DNA of 63,249 nucleotides, filler included, from Globobulimina sp. (GCA_003354225.1; 28 parts of 28 records of this genome joined end to end with filler, not necessarily neighbours in it), one strand, 5' to 3'; positions 23,374 to 36,697 are shown, counted from the whole stretch's first letter. Notes: generated by a model not told the origin, from the letters alone. A program made the numbers and translations.

Positions 23374-24571
23374 ATGTCGTACAAATGTGTCGTTGGTGAT
23401 GCTGTGTCCTTCACTCACGGCCAATTCAACGGTTCTGGAGTGGTAAGGTTTGTCGGGTCGTTACTGCCAAATAAAAAAGGATTATGGGTAGGTATTGAAC
23501 GCGATGTCCCTAAGTCTAAAGAGTTGAAAGACGACACACAACCCGAAGGATATAATGGTAAACTTGGCGATATGCAGTATTTTACAGTAAAAAAAGGGCG
23601 TGGTATATTCGCACCGTATGATTCTGTTGAGGTAGTTATTGATAATCACGAAGTAGTTATTGTAGCCAAACAAACCGAATTACGACAAATAGCGACAAAA
23701 TCTGAAAAAGAATATTCACCCGCTGAAGACCAAAAAATTCAGCCAGATTCTGTCCAGTCTGACACTCAAAGGCAATTACAAAAAGCGCAGAAAGTTAGCA
23801 CTTTGTTTTTTAAATATAATTACAAAGCATATACAATATATATAGTTACTGGAAGCATCATTATTATTGTTACAGAATGGAATAAATAGTGGGTCCCAAC
23901 TACAACAGCATTGTGATGAAAGCTGGGCCTTTTTGAATAAAAAATGTCCACCACCAACAACACCAATGTTGCAGGAAAATAATATGATTGCAGATGACGA
24001 AGAAAAATTTGTTAGTATCGATGTTAAACCGGTAACGATTGGAAGTTATATCAATGACATACAAATTACACAGATAAAACAGATTTTAATTGATTTTATG
24101 AGTCGGTACTCGCAATCATCAAATTGGAGCAAGTCTGATGAGAGACATTATGGAGAAAAGGTTGATTCGTACGTATTGATGTTGGACGAACACAGAAGGA
24201 TTGAAGTTCGAATGTCATTTCTTTATTCGATAATTTTATATTTAATACAGATCACTGGCTCAAATAAGCGATGTATTGCGCACGGAGCCATATTGATAAT
24301 GCCGCAAAAGCAACAAATCGAGACATTGTCGAAAGAGATGTTGATGATTTTGGAAACATTGCAGCATAATAATGATGATGGGCTATGGAAATATGTTTAT
24401 ACATTGATATCAAATATATTTACAGATTTTGCATATATCCAACCGTATTCTGGTAAACGGACTGCATTGGGTAACAGCCATGGTACGGATAACGAGGAAA
24501 ACGTATCCGAAGATAGTCAAGTCTTAAATTCAATGTTTAAACTCAAGGCGCTCCTTACAACAAAATTATAA
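23374..24571 (+). CDS. CAP-Gly domain protein, 2 exons
   Basis: GVVRFVG...GLWVGIE...YFTVKKGRGIF; intron 23794-23845 links to ORF 23867-24571. Confidence 0.8.
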
Positions 24572-25038
24572 TGTTTTTTTTTGTTCGTGTTATATTTTAG
24601 TTAATTTTATTACAAAAACTTCACTCTATTTTATTAAAAAAATGTGGTGCAGTAAGACTCAAAGTCCTGTCATTCATAAGCATTACAACATCCATACCTA
24701 TCAACATATTATTTATTTCAGTAATTCAGCACAACCAGAACCATGGAATAATCATCCAAATCCCAACCCATTTGATCATGCTCAGAGATACGCGATNNNN
24801 NNNNNNNNNNNNNNNNNNNNNNNNNNNNNNNNNNNNNNNNTTAATTAATTAANNNNNNNNNNNNNNNNNNNNNNNNNNNNNNNNNNNNNNNNNNNNACAA
24901 CAAAAAATCACGATTGGTGTATTTGGTTTATGGACGTTGCCATATAATTAAACTCATTTAATTGTGAATTCTGATCGCAAAAGTTGAAATCCGATCACCA
25001 AAAGCGTAACAAGTAACAACTCATTGTGTATAATTATA

Positions 25039-26691
25039 TTACGTGGTTTCAGTTACCTGCCACGATTGAATATAAACATTTGTCAATGCATTGAGTTCAT
25101 TTGGATTTTCAGCCCATGCCATGACCATAGTTGTAGAATTTGGTAAAATATTTGTACAAAATGAATAAATATCATCATCTGTTTCACTATTTGCGTCATT
25201 ACCAATTAACTGCACAGCTTCACCCACAAAATCAACCTGTATCGGTATCAACGAATCTGCCGTATAATGTAAATAAAATGTTTGAACATTAATTGAATGT
25301 GGCATATCATCATAAATAATTGCAAAATATTTACCAGCTGATTCGTCATCATTTAACATTGTTAATTCAATCACATCAACAAAACCAACCTGCTTCCCAT
25401 CAAATGTAGTATTAATATGATTGCCATCGAAATATCGTATATCCATATACCAAGTAACCATCACATCATTCGCATTTTGATAAAATGGTGTTTTTAAGGC
25501 CGTTACAACACAGCAATCCTCGGAGATATCCACAATTATTGATTTATACGTCGCCGTTTTATTTTCAAAGGCATTCAAATCTCCATTATCACTCTCATCA
25601 TCATACAAACCATAACTTTTATATTCTGATTGTAATCCTTTATCAATTCCATTATACGCAGTCATGCCATTACTGACATTTAAATATGACGAACCTGTCT
25701 TACTCACATTATGTGCGAGTGTCATATATATGTCTGGATAGAAATGGCCCTCTTTTGCCATAATTTGAAAATTATCAACAGCAGTCACTAAATCCACTGT
25801 GGAAAATGGAGTATATGTTTGATTGCTTAATTTCATGTTTCCTTCTAAATCAATGGTGCCATATTGTATCATATAATCACTAAAATCCATTCCATCTCCG
25901 AGATTAGAATCACCTCAGAAACAAACAACAAACATAGGTTTTTATACAGTACACAAAAAAGTGCTAAACTGGCGGCAGGATTGGTGCAGTTATGCATTGA
26001 TGGAGGTTTTTGCCGTTTGGCGTAAAGCCATGATACGAGATATCCATCATTCATGCATAATACTTGTGGTTTTTGGGTAAAACTACCCGATGCTTCATTT
26101 CCCGTAATGAAGAAATCAAAAATTGTCCAGGATGGAGTCGTTGCATCATTTTCAAATATATTGCAATTAATAAAGGCACAGCCATAACAACATGATGGTA
26201 CGACATAACATGAAAATATATCATTAGTTATGGGCGAGACACATGAATCGAAGGTTGTGTATGAATAATATAATAAATATGGTAGCTGTGATGCAAGTGC
26301 TTCATTTGTTGTATATTCATTTAATGCGTCATCAATTATTGTTACACTTGTGCCAGTTGCAATTGTTTGAGTATACCAATGATAAAATGATGGTTGAATA
26401 ACAGCTGATGGGTCAGTAAATGTATTAAATTTACAATAAGCATGTTCAAGGATATCTGAAGTTGTCATTTCTTGGGGCGATGCAGATAAATGTTTCGCGG
26501 GTGTTATTGGTTTAAATTCAACGGTTGGTAACGATTTTGCATGTAAAAAATATGCACATGCTATACATGAGGTGACAAGAACACTAAATGCCTTGCTAAC
26601 TTGCTACTTTTTTGGAGCTAGCGAAAACTTTACAACTAGTACTAGTATCACAATATGATTTGCTGATTTGCTTTAACGAAAGTTCTGTCAT
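25039..26691 (-). CDS. Secreted hypothetical protein, multi-exon; start uncertain
   Basis: Intron 25914-25969 joins ORFs 25869-26468 and 25039-25890; frame extends upstream to signal-like FSVLVTSCIACAYFLHA; candidate ATG 26691 needs a further intron. Confidence 0.55.
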
Positions 26692-26737
26692 GGTTGCAAG
26701 GAAAAAATTTGGCGAAGAAGAAAAGACAATATTAATA

Positions 26738-27059
26738 TTAATACATCTTACATGCTTCTTTTACCACATGATTGAGCAAATTATTGTGATGCTTTGCAAG
26801 CCATGGGTCAATCGGAAATGGTGCATTCCATTCTTTAGCGAATGCCTTGAGACTTTTGATGAGTGCAAAGATTGTTTCTTGTAATACATACATTTGTTTG
26901 TGTGGAACATGTTTTTCGTGCTTTAAAAAGAACTCAGTAAACAATACAGGCGATACAATCCAGAATCTGTCATTCCAGAAATCTTGTTTTGGTTTTGCTA
27001 CATGGCCGGCTCCATAAACAGTTCCGTATTTATAATAAAAGAGTTCCAGCATAAATCGA
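26738..27059 (-). CDS. C-terminal fragment of hypothetical protein
   Basis: 104-aa open frame from contig edge. Confidence 0.35.
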
Positions 27060-27159
27060 NNNNNNNNNNNNNNNNNNNNNNNNNNNNNNNNNNNNNNNNN
27101 NNNTTAATTAATTAANNNNNNNNNNNNNNNNNNNNNNNNNNNNNNNNNNNNNNNNNNNN

Positions 27160-29322
27160 ATCAATAAACACGGTGCAGATGGTTTTTTTGCGTATGATTA
27201 CCCGATAAAAGAAGGCGAACACTGCTGCATTATTGTTGCGTATAATTTAGACTCAGAAGAAGGTAAACACTCAACGAATCATAGAATTCCAGTGGTTATT
27301 GATTGGCGAAGTGGCGATTTTGACACCAAACAACTTGATACAGTGACAACTGTGCGCTTAACACACGGATTGCTAATGATTGGGCTGTTTGGTTTTTGTT
27401 ATCCAATCTCAGCGTTTATCGCACATTATTTAAAACATTATCCATGGGCGCGACAATCGCATATTCTATCTGCTAAACTTGGATTACCCACAGCTTTAAC
27501 GTCAGCCGCATTTGCTTTGAGCACAGTGCCTGAGCATAATACTACGCTGCATGCATCATTGGGTATAACTTGTCTTATTTTACTTGGTTTGCAAGCTGGA
27601 ATTGGATTTTTTATTGGTTATTGGTTAGATAATTATCAAAGAGCTTTGTATTATGATAAAATAAAATGTATTCATTTGTTTATGGCATTGTGTATATTAA
27701 TGATATCGCCTGTTACTATGTGGTATGGATGGAACACTTTGGGTTTGTATCAATTTAAAGTATTGTTGGATTGGTATACTTGTGAGATTTGGTATATTTT
27801 TGTTGTGTTAATCATAATCTGTGGAGAAATATATTTCCGTATATGGCCAAAATTGTTCAACGTTAAAAAAAAGGTCTTGTCATTGTTCAATATGCACAAT
27901 TACCATATTTTTAAATGGTCAGAAATAGGCGAAAAAGTATCAGCGGGCGCAGCTTGGGTTGTTATTGATGGTTTAATTTATGATGTAAGCAGTTGGTTGT
28001 TTGCACATCCTGGCGGTCGACGGGTGTTACTGCACTGTTTTGGTACGGATTGTACAGAGTTTTTTAATGGGCTCGAACCTGTTGGCGAAGCACATGGGAA
28101 TATTAAACATGCGCACAGCGATTATGCCAAACAGCAACTGATAAATATGATTGTTGGCGAGGTTTATACGGAAAACAATAAGAAACGCGATATTACCAGC
28201 CGGCAAGCCACAGCTTTTGAAAATAACTTATTATTTGATGCTTGTGGCGATAAATTAGAAACAAACGACAGTTATACAGACGAACAAAGTTTGAACATTA
28301 GCGCACGTACAGAATTAGAAAAGTATAATGACCCTCGTAAGCTCACAGTAATTACATTAATTAATAAAGAGGTTGTAAGTAAATTGCGTAACAGTCAACG
28401 TAAAATAGTATTATTTGAATTTGATTATGATGTTTTAGTACATAGGATTGGCTTTGACGGTGATTATATTTTATTGCATGAAGTTGATAAAAATGCAATA
28501 ACTCGGGCTTATACTCCAATTAATCCAAAATTTATATTAGCAAATAATTATAGATATTATAACAAAAACGTGATTATACCACAACAGACACAGATACTGC
28601 AAGAAAACAGATTATTTTTAATGATTAGGATATATCGAAAAGGACGAATGAGTAAAATATTAAATAAGTTACAAATTGGACATACAATAAGAATAACTGG
28701 GCCTTTCCGAAGGGAGAAGTTGTTGCCGCCGTTGCGGAATCATTTAAAATATGATATTATACCAAGTAAAGAATGGATCGATTTGTGGTTGGTAAAGTTG
28801 TTAAATAACAGTGCCTCTTTCCAGGAGACTGAACTCGCCAAACAACAATTAAAAGTACAAGAAAATTTCAATGTCAATAAATATTGGAGAAGAGTTGTAT
28901 TAATATGTGGCGGGACAGGCGTGACCCCGATGTTTAATATGATACAACACCATTTAGACAAACAGGACGATGATATTCGAGTGAATTTGATATGGCATAA
29001 TAGGACATTGAATGATGTTTGTTTTGAGCAACAATTAAAGGATTATAAATTAAATAATTTAAATCGGTTTTGGATTGATTTAAAATTTGATGTCGATCGT
29101 ATAAATATGAGCTTAGATGTGAATGTTGAAAGATTAAAATGGGCTCGCATTCATACTAAAAAATGGCTGCAAACGGATATGGTCAGAATGGTAAAATATT
29201 TTTTCAGCAAAGGAATGCCAATTAATATGGCTATTAACTCTCAAAAATCAGCAAGAAGGCAGCAAACAACAGGGAGATATTGGTCTGTCGAGGTTGATAC
29301 TGCTGGGAGGACGCCCACAGAG
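27160..29322 (+). CDS. (DOMON-like)-cytochrome b561-cytochrome b5-FAD/NAD(P)H reductase fusion, partial at both ends
   Basis: Frame open over whole contig; IIVAYN...GKH..N (DOMON-like end); four b561 His (THGLLM, QSHIL, LHASLG, CIHLF); b5 WVVIDGLIYDV...HPGG...HAHS; RAYTP; GRMS; ICGGTGVTPM. Confidence 0.88.
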
Positions 29323-29422
29323 NNNNNNNNNNNNNNNNNNNNNNNNNNNNNNNNNNNNNNNNNNNNTTAATTAATTAANNNNNNNNNNNNNNNNNNNNNN
29401 NNNNNNNNNNNNNNNNNNNNNN

Positions 29423-29541
29423 TTCCGTATACAATGCGGATATTGCTATAAACTCATTTAATATGCTTGCAATGTTCAGGTTGTTATCTTTATATATTGT
29501 TAATAATAATTGATATAAAATTTGATTATCTCTCTTTTCAT
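29423..29541 (+). repeat. 119-bp exact terminal direct repeat, copy 1
   Basis: Identical to 31467-31585; first 119 bases of the contig. Confidence 0.95.
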
Positions 29542-30667
29542 CCCATTTACAACGCACTTTATTCTCTTTCTTGATGTTGTTTGATATGGTATGGATAATA
29601 TTATTTTCTTCAAATTGTATTAAATTATCCAATATGTCGGCGGTATGCACCCAGTTATTTGCTGCAAATGTGTTATAAATACAATTGCCAATGTCAATGC
29701 AGTCGAATATTATGTTTGATGTTGTTTTAATAACAGCCCATAATTGTGCCTGCTTTTAAAATGTTGGGTGACTTATGATATTCAAAAGTAATATAAATAT
29801 GCATAAATCAACTTTGTTTGTAGGCTGCGAGTATGTCTGTGCAGCAAATGACGACATAATATGCAGTGGCTCTTCTTTTACCTCCTGAGCCATTATTTTC
29901 TGTGCCGACTGGCTTATTTTGTTTAGTTCGAAAAACTTTGTGGACTGCAATATTAAATTTAGGTGCTAAGAACAAATAAATATAAAAAGCAATGTAATTC
30001 GATATGGAAGCAAGGAATTAATGTCAACTCATCTTTGATGAAAGTGATTGCAATCGGACAAAAAAACAATTTGCAATATTTACAATATTTACAATATTTG
30101 CAATATTTGAAAATAGGTTATCAGTTGAAATTGAATCAAACATTAACAATATCACAATGGTCATCGGATAATTATTATATGAAACAAGTGCAGAAAATAG
30201 ATAAAGAGAAAAATACAAAATATCATGCAATGCTTTGCCAGTCAGTCAAGTTATTTGGTACTAAGAATTGCACCATAAATGAATTTAAAACCAGACCAAG
30301 TGACCATCACAGGAAATCCAAATCAGCGAAGATTGGGAAATTGATGTGATCGTAGAAAAAATGATCGTAGAAAAACAGAGCTTAGAATTTGATATGACAG
30401 AGCTATGGCAACATTACTTACATCATCATCTTGGCCAACATAACTATGCACAGTGCAAGTCGCATAGCTTATGTTTGTTTGTGAAGGGTCAATCTGCAAA
30501 TGCAGGTTACTATTATTATAGGAAACAGTCTTGGAACTTACTACAAACAATGCATGTTTATTTTTATCATACTGACGGTATATACTTTATTTTATACAGT
30601 ATATATATATATATTAATTAAATATATAGTACATATTTGATTTTTCTATGATATATATACAGAATAT

Positions 30668-31225
30668 ATGGAATCAAGGAATAGTTCAGCCCGAAAGCAC
30701 CGGTATCGCTACGTTGCACAAAAAACATCATATAGAATGCGAAAAAATGTTCCAACTCTTCCAAGTCCCATCAGACGCGCACATTATTCATTCGCTGGCC
30801 CAGGCACTGTTAATATTGATATTGGTCAGAGTACGGCAGGAGAAGCGAATATAAATATTCATGAAAATATGACAAAAGTGGAGCTAGGCCCTGGCTTTAC
30901 ACATCAAAATAGCAACACTAACAATGTTATAGACGATGAAGCTGATTCAGATGATGATGATTTAAATGTGAATCAAGAAACAACATTAGTACCAATTGAT
31001 TATTTGCGTGTGTTAGAATTTGGTGTTCCTTTCAGTGTAATTCGACAAGATGCAAAATATAACCATCCGAAAGCTGAGATATTAAATAATTCATATATTA
31101 CAATTAGCAAACAAAAATGGAATTACTTATTAAAATCTTGTATCGGGTATAGCAAAAAACGAAAAGCAACAGAGATTGGATTATCATTAAAGGAAATTGT
31201 TGGATTGAAGCTCTACACAGGTCTT
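30668..31225 (+). pseudogene. Truncated member of the expanded ART-like family (region preceding the catalytic core)
   Basis: LEFGVPF...KYNHPKAEILNN...EIVGLKLYT parallels SSFGMRF...KHASLKEEIL...HILAVILYC in 18108-20201; breaks at about 31225. Confidence 0.5.
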
Positions 31226-31466
31226 ACCACTCTATATTATATATATTGCTTTTGTTGAATTCATTGATAAATGTTTGTAGCCCTTTTATAAAATCATTTT
31301 GTTTGAGAGTGTTAAATGTGTGGCCATTAATTTTGTTCTCTACAAAATATTCAATGATCATGTTCCGACGCATTGCATTAATATCGCCGACTGCCAATTG
31401 TTTAAACGAGTGATGAATTAAAAGATCAATCATTTGTTTTTCAGTGCAATTTGAGAAATCAGTCGG

Positions 31467-31585
31467 TTCCGTATACAATGCGGATATTGCTATAAACTCA
31501 TTTAATATGCTTGCAATGTTCAGGTTGTTATCTTTATATATTGTTAATAATAATTGATATAAAATTTGATTATCTCTCTTTTCAT
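31467..31585 (+). repeat. 119-bp exact terminal direct repeat, copy 2
   Basis: Identical to 29423-29541; last 119 bases of the contig. Confidence 0.95.
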
Positions 31586-32391
31586 NNNNNNNNNNNNNNN
31601 NNNNNNNNNNNNNNNNNNNNNNNNNNNNNTTAATTAATTAANNNNNNNNNNNNNNNNNNNNNNNNNNNNNNNNNNNNNNNNNNNNTGTTTTTCATGAATC
31701 ATATTTCTATTTATATATATACGAAATGTGTATAATGCATTATACAAAATATAGCATATTGGAGTAGTATAAATGTATAATTTGCTTAACATATTTGTAG
31801 CATACGCAGTTGCTGGATTTGCAACAATATTTGGTAAACTTAATATATTTGTATTTGATGACTCGAATGATGGTCCAAGAGACGGTAATTTGGCTTGAAA
31901 TGAGCTAATTATTTATATTTATTAATATTACTAATTATCATATAGTCAGACAAATATATAAATGCATATATAATATAATAATATAGTTATTATTGTTATG
32001 CATTGTTTATTATCATAGATTTAACCTTTGTTTCGGTTCAAATAAATGGTTTTGTTGTGGCAATACCAATGAACTGAAATAAATAAAAGGAATAATAATA
32101 AACATATTTATTTTGTGTGTAGATAAATTTAACTTATTTTTCAATGGATTTGATGGTTTAATTGGTTCTACATTGAACAATGGTTTTTTATTTGTATTCT
32201 CTTTATCTGTATCTTTATCTGTATCTTTATCTACTTTTTTCTTTTCTTTATTTCCCATCATTTCAACAGCTTTTAATAATAATTCAATGCCATTTAAATG
32301 ATTTGATGGTTCTAAATATAAATTAATTAAGTATGGAATATGGAATTTGGTATACAACAAATTAAGAAAAAATCAGATCCATTGGTATTAT

Positions 32392-33261
32392 TTAACTTTT
32401 TGGTTTTGGCTTTGGTTTTGGTTTTATATCTTTCATTATTTCATTCAAAATATTTATACTATTCATTGTATCATTACTTGTATACTCATCACTCGATGAC
32501 ATAATGTCTGAATCGCTGCTTAGAATAAAATCACTGCTCGTATCACTATCACTATGTTTTCTTTTTGCTTTTCTTCTTGTTTTATAACTATTATTGTTTA
32601 ATTTCCTTCGCTTTGGAGCTCTGCCGCCATGGCCATTGCTCATATTATTTCCTCTTTTTTTTCTATGTTGATGGTCGTCTTTGTCTTTGTCTTCGCCGCC
32701 GCTTAAGTCATAGGTCCCCATTAATATTCGTAAATCGTCCGCCACCGTCGACCGTGAAGGTATTTTCCTAATGATATATTGGGTGTGATTCTTTTTCCAA
32801 TGCGACAATAATGAATAGATATTGGCAAAGGGCAAATTACATCCATCAATAATACAATTCCATGCCGGCGGTATCGAATCATGCGTTTGAACATGATTCG
32901 TATAATTATACCAATTCTGTGAATTTCGATCGCATTCTGGACATTCATAGCCACAGTCATTATAATGACATGATTCGTGATGATCCCTCCAATCCTCTAT
33001 CTTATTAAAATATATTTTATTTTTATTTGTCTTACATCGAGGACAATATGTGCAATATTTACATGCACCGAAACCATCCGAGTTAAAAAATTCAATCTCT
33101 ATCACTCTCTTCTTATCTTTTTTGCTTTTCCTTTTCTTATTATTATTATTATTGTTATCATTATTATGATTATGATTATCATTATGATTACAATCGCCAT
33201 TGGTATCAGAACTATTTGCTTGCTTTGTTCCGTAATTATTGCCATTTCTTGTTTTAACCAT
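32392..33261 (-). CDS. C2H2 zinc-finger protein (may continue via intron toward 32013)
   Basis: YECPECDR...HVQTH; WNCIIDGCNLPF...HWKKNH; basic NLS-like PKRRK. Confidence 0.8.
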   Translation of the reverse strand: MVKTRNGNNYGTKQANSSDTNGDCNHNDNHNHNNDNNNNNNKKRKSKKDKKRVIEIEFFNSDGFGACKYCTYCPRCKTNKNKIYFNKIEDWRDHHESCHYNDCGYECPECDRNSQNWYNYTNHVQTHDSIPPAWNCIIDGCNLPFANIYSLLSHWKKNHTQYIIRKIPSRSTVADDLRILMGTYDLSGGEDKDKDDHQHRKKRGNNMSNGHGGRAPKRRKLNNNSYKTRRKAKRKHSDSDTSSDFILSSDSDIMSSSDEYTSNDTMNSINILNEIMKDIKPKPKPKPKS

Positions 33262-33439
33262 TTGATTTCACGATGCTTGTTATACCGTAATTTTATATAT
33301 CGGATATCTGAATTTTATAATAACAGAGTTTTAGTGGGTTCAATGCAAAAGATTTTTTTCAGGTAGTTCTCAGATGACTAGCTCACTTCGTGAAAATCTT
33401 AAAATATATACTGTATACAAAACAATTATTTATATATTA

Positions 33440-33611
33440 GGGGTTCTTATATTGCGCAATATAAATTGGACCTAGGTATCATTAATTCATTTAATTGCAA
33501 TAAACTAGCTTATATAAAGGAGCGTAGTCGCATGTCTAGGCATCATTATTAATGCAATATCATGGTACCTAGGTCCCAATTTATATTAATTGCGCAATAT
33601 AAGAACAACCC
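33440..33611. mobile_element. MITE-like element with imperfect 42-50-bp terminal inverted repeats
   Basis: Left GGGTTCTTATATTGCGCAATATAAATTGGACCTAGGTATCAT vs reverse complement of right GGGTTGTTCTTATATTGCGCAATTAATATAAATTGGGACCTAGGTACCAT; ATTA on both flanks. Confidence 0.7.
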
Positions 33612-33948
33612 ATTATCCGTGTGTCATATACTTTAGAACATTTGAAACATAAATGCTTTGAAAATTTTGAAACATAGATCTCAGTTTAAAATATAAGCTG
33701 CATTTTCAAAATAAAAGTGTTTAGTGAATGCATAAAACGATATATTCCAAAAGATAACCCCCCACCGTTTGGATAACCCCCCCTTTGTATACCGAAAATT
33801 CAATTATAAATTTGTTCTGACTTTGTTCTCGATTTGCAAACCCAACACNNNNNNNNNNNNNNNNNNNNNNNNNNNNNNNNNNNNNNNNNNNNTTAATTAA
33901 TTAANNNNNNNNNNNNNNNNNNNNNNNNNNNNNNNNNNNNNNNNNNNN

Positions 33949-35089
33949 CATGGAGTAAATACACGGATGCAAGTATCGTAAATGCTGATACACCATATAT
34001 TTTTGCATTTTCTTCCCGGCATTGTAATCGAGTCATTATTTTATTCATGGCTTCCATTCTCTGCTTATATTGATGCAAATACTCTTTTGTCTGTATTTTA
34101 TAGCCATCGTACACTTTTTGTAAATTTATTACATTACATTGCAATGTATCTTTTTTTGTTTTTATTTCGGCAACTTTATTCTGCAAATTTTGTATTGTGG
34201 TTTCATTCAATGCTAGAACTGATTCGTATCTTTGCTTCATATCTTGATTTTTATCTTGATTTTGTTTCTCTAATTCATTATATATACATTGTAATCTTTC
34301 TGGTAAGCTATGAATATCATCGATATCTTCAACATAACATTCAAATTTTTGGTTACTATTTGATGCTAATAATGATTCAATTTTAATAAATTGTTTATCT
34401 ATATCTTGCCATAAAGAATCCATAAATTGAGTCATACAAAGTTCATTGTGTATATTTGGAATGTCAGCAAATACGATATCATTACATGTGAGTGATCTGC
34501 GCCTCACCGGAGTCTGTGATCGCGATATCGATGTTTTTTCTTCGCGTTCATGTACATAATGAATGCTTTCATGACGTTCGTTTTCTTCACGTTCGTTTTC
34601 GTGGTTGAAGAGTAAATCATTTCGTATTTTAAGTTCTGCATTTTCTGCCTTTAATGCTCTATTTTCTTCCGCTGCTAATTCTTTTTGCAAATCCATTGTT
34701 TCCTGCAATGATATTAACCGCATGTTTAATGATTCACAGATTGCTTTCAATTTACTTATTTCCTCTGTATATTCAATGTTTTCTTGGTCTGTTTGTTTAC
34801 ATCTTACAATTAACGCATCTGTTTCTATTTGTAGTTGGTTGTTATGATTAAAATATAGTTGTTGTTGGTTTTTGGCATTTAATAGATCCTTTTGGACTTT
34901 TTCATAATTCATCTGTAACTTGTCAAATTCACTGCATTTATTATCATATTTTCCCATATGTTCTCTCAATATTTCGTTTTCTTTGAAACAAATCTGGTAT
35001 TTACTATCAATGCTATATTCTGTTGTACTATCAACGCTACATGGTTTGAATGACATTCTGCACATTTTAGATGAAGAAACTGTTGCCAT
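33949..35089 (-). CDS. Coiled-coil protein with C-terminal hydrophobic segment
   Basis: Long E/K/Q/L heptad-rich ORF ending IYGVSAFTILASVYLLH at contig edge. Confidence 0.7.
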
Positions 35090-35523
35090 GTTGTTGAAGA
35101 TTAATTAAATTTAGGCTACAAAAAACTCTATTTATAAAATTTGATCTATTTAATTTATAATTCTGAATATTGTACCATTGTAAGATGATTCCAATTCAGG
35201 TATTTCTGAATAAAGTGCAGAAATTCGGAATACACATAATGTCAAAGAAAAGTTCCATGGAAAATAATAACTATTATAATTTATAATAAACGTAAACATT
35301 AAAACAAACAAAAAACAATCACTAAACATATAATAAAAAGATAAAAAAGTTTAAATATTTTGAAAAAATAACGCATAAAATATCATACAGATACTTGATG
35401 TGTTTCTTATTTATGTGTAAATTGGTGAAGTGGTTAAATTTAAATTCAACAAAAAATGCCACCACCAATTTAAAATAAATAACGATCAATGCTAATTAAA
35501 AAAAAAGTACGTCAAGAAAACAC

Positions 35524-36110
35524 TTAATATTTTAACCGCTTTCTAGCCGAAAAGATGGTGTTTCCACCAATATATTTACTAATTATCCAAATACCAAACA
35601 CAACGATAACTACACCACCAACAATTTTAAAAGCTTTATCGTTTAATAATGGTTTTCGTTTTTGTTTCTGCAAATTAATACTCGTTGGTGTTGTGCCATC
35701 GTCATAATACATTTCATTTATATTGTAATTATTATAATGATCGGAATGGGAAAGTGGAGATTGCAGCGATTGTGCAAGGATTAATTGATCAATTTGTAAT
35801 CTTTGTAATCCAATGATATTATTCTGTTCTTTTTCTTTGCTAATTTGCAATCGCCTCTCTTTGCTTTCAGTTTTCATATTTTTTATTTTCTCTTTATTGA
35901 GGTTAATTTGTTGGATATATTTTAAGAATTTATAATCAATATTTGCATCAATATAGTTTTCTGCGTCTTCTATTTGATCCTGAATCTGAGTTAATTGATT
36001 CTGAAAAAACAAAATTGTGTCAGTCACTTGGTTTGCAGATATATTATCAAATATATTGTTTGCATTATTTTCATTGTCTGTAGCTAATTCTTGTTGTATT
36101 TTATTAATTG
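35524..36110 (-). CDS. Tail-anchored coiled-coil protein, 5'-partial
   Basis: Coiled-coil followed by IVGGVVIVVFGIWII and a basic tail. Confidence 0.65.
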
Positions 36111-36221
36111 NNNNNNNNNNNNNNNNNNNNNNNNNNNNNNNNNNNNNNNNNNNNTTAATTAATTAANNNNNNNNNNNNNNNNNNNNNNNNNNNNNNNNNN
36201 NNNNNNNNNNATTGTAAAGGT

Positions 36222-36674
36222 TTGTATAACCCGAAAACAGCCACAATAATAAATGATAGTATTCAAGATAAAGAAAACGATGCGTTGTCGTATAGTACAG
36301 GCGGATTACGAGGCGGTGTCCAATTTAGAGGGCTGAAGAAAGCGAATATTGATGAATTTGTACAATTAGACCAAGCCATTGGTGCTTATTACCAACTATT
36401 AGGTGACGCTAATTATTTTAATGCAGAGAATGTTGGTAAATTTCTGTATTATGTCCAGGATAAAGAATTGGGCCAAGATAACCTACCCAGTGATGAATTG
36501 GATACATTTCGCACCGCAAAGGATTGCATTTACACTGGATTTGATACACAATTCCCATTTCATTATGAGGTTCAAATCATGACAAAAGAGAAAAATATCG
36601 AGTCCGATGAGATTATATTTTATATATTACAGCATTGCTATCTCCATAAATCACCGCCTTCTAAACAAGGTTAA
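36222..36674 (+). CDS. Hypothetical protein exon (lineage-expanded family-like)
   Basis: 150-aa open frame (YYQLLG..YF...GKFLYY...DCIYTGFD..FP) ending at a probable donor AG|GTTAAG at 36670. Confidence 0.5.
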   Translation: MYNPKTATIINDSIQDKENDALSYSTGGLRGGVQFRGLKKANIDEFVQLDQAIGAYYQLLGDANYFNAENVGKFLYYVQDKELGQDNLPSDELDTFRTAKDCIYTGFDTQFPFHYEVQIMTKEKNIESDEIIFYILQHCYLHKSPPSKQG

Positions 36675-36697
36675 GTTTATTAATATTATAATTTAGT

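Noticed and set aside
30070-30108. 9-bp tandem repeat encoding (LQY)4
   Set aside because: Simple slippage repeat with no sign of function
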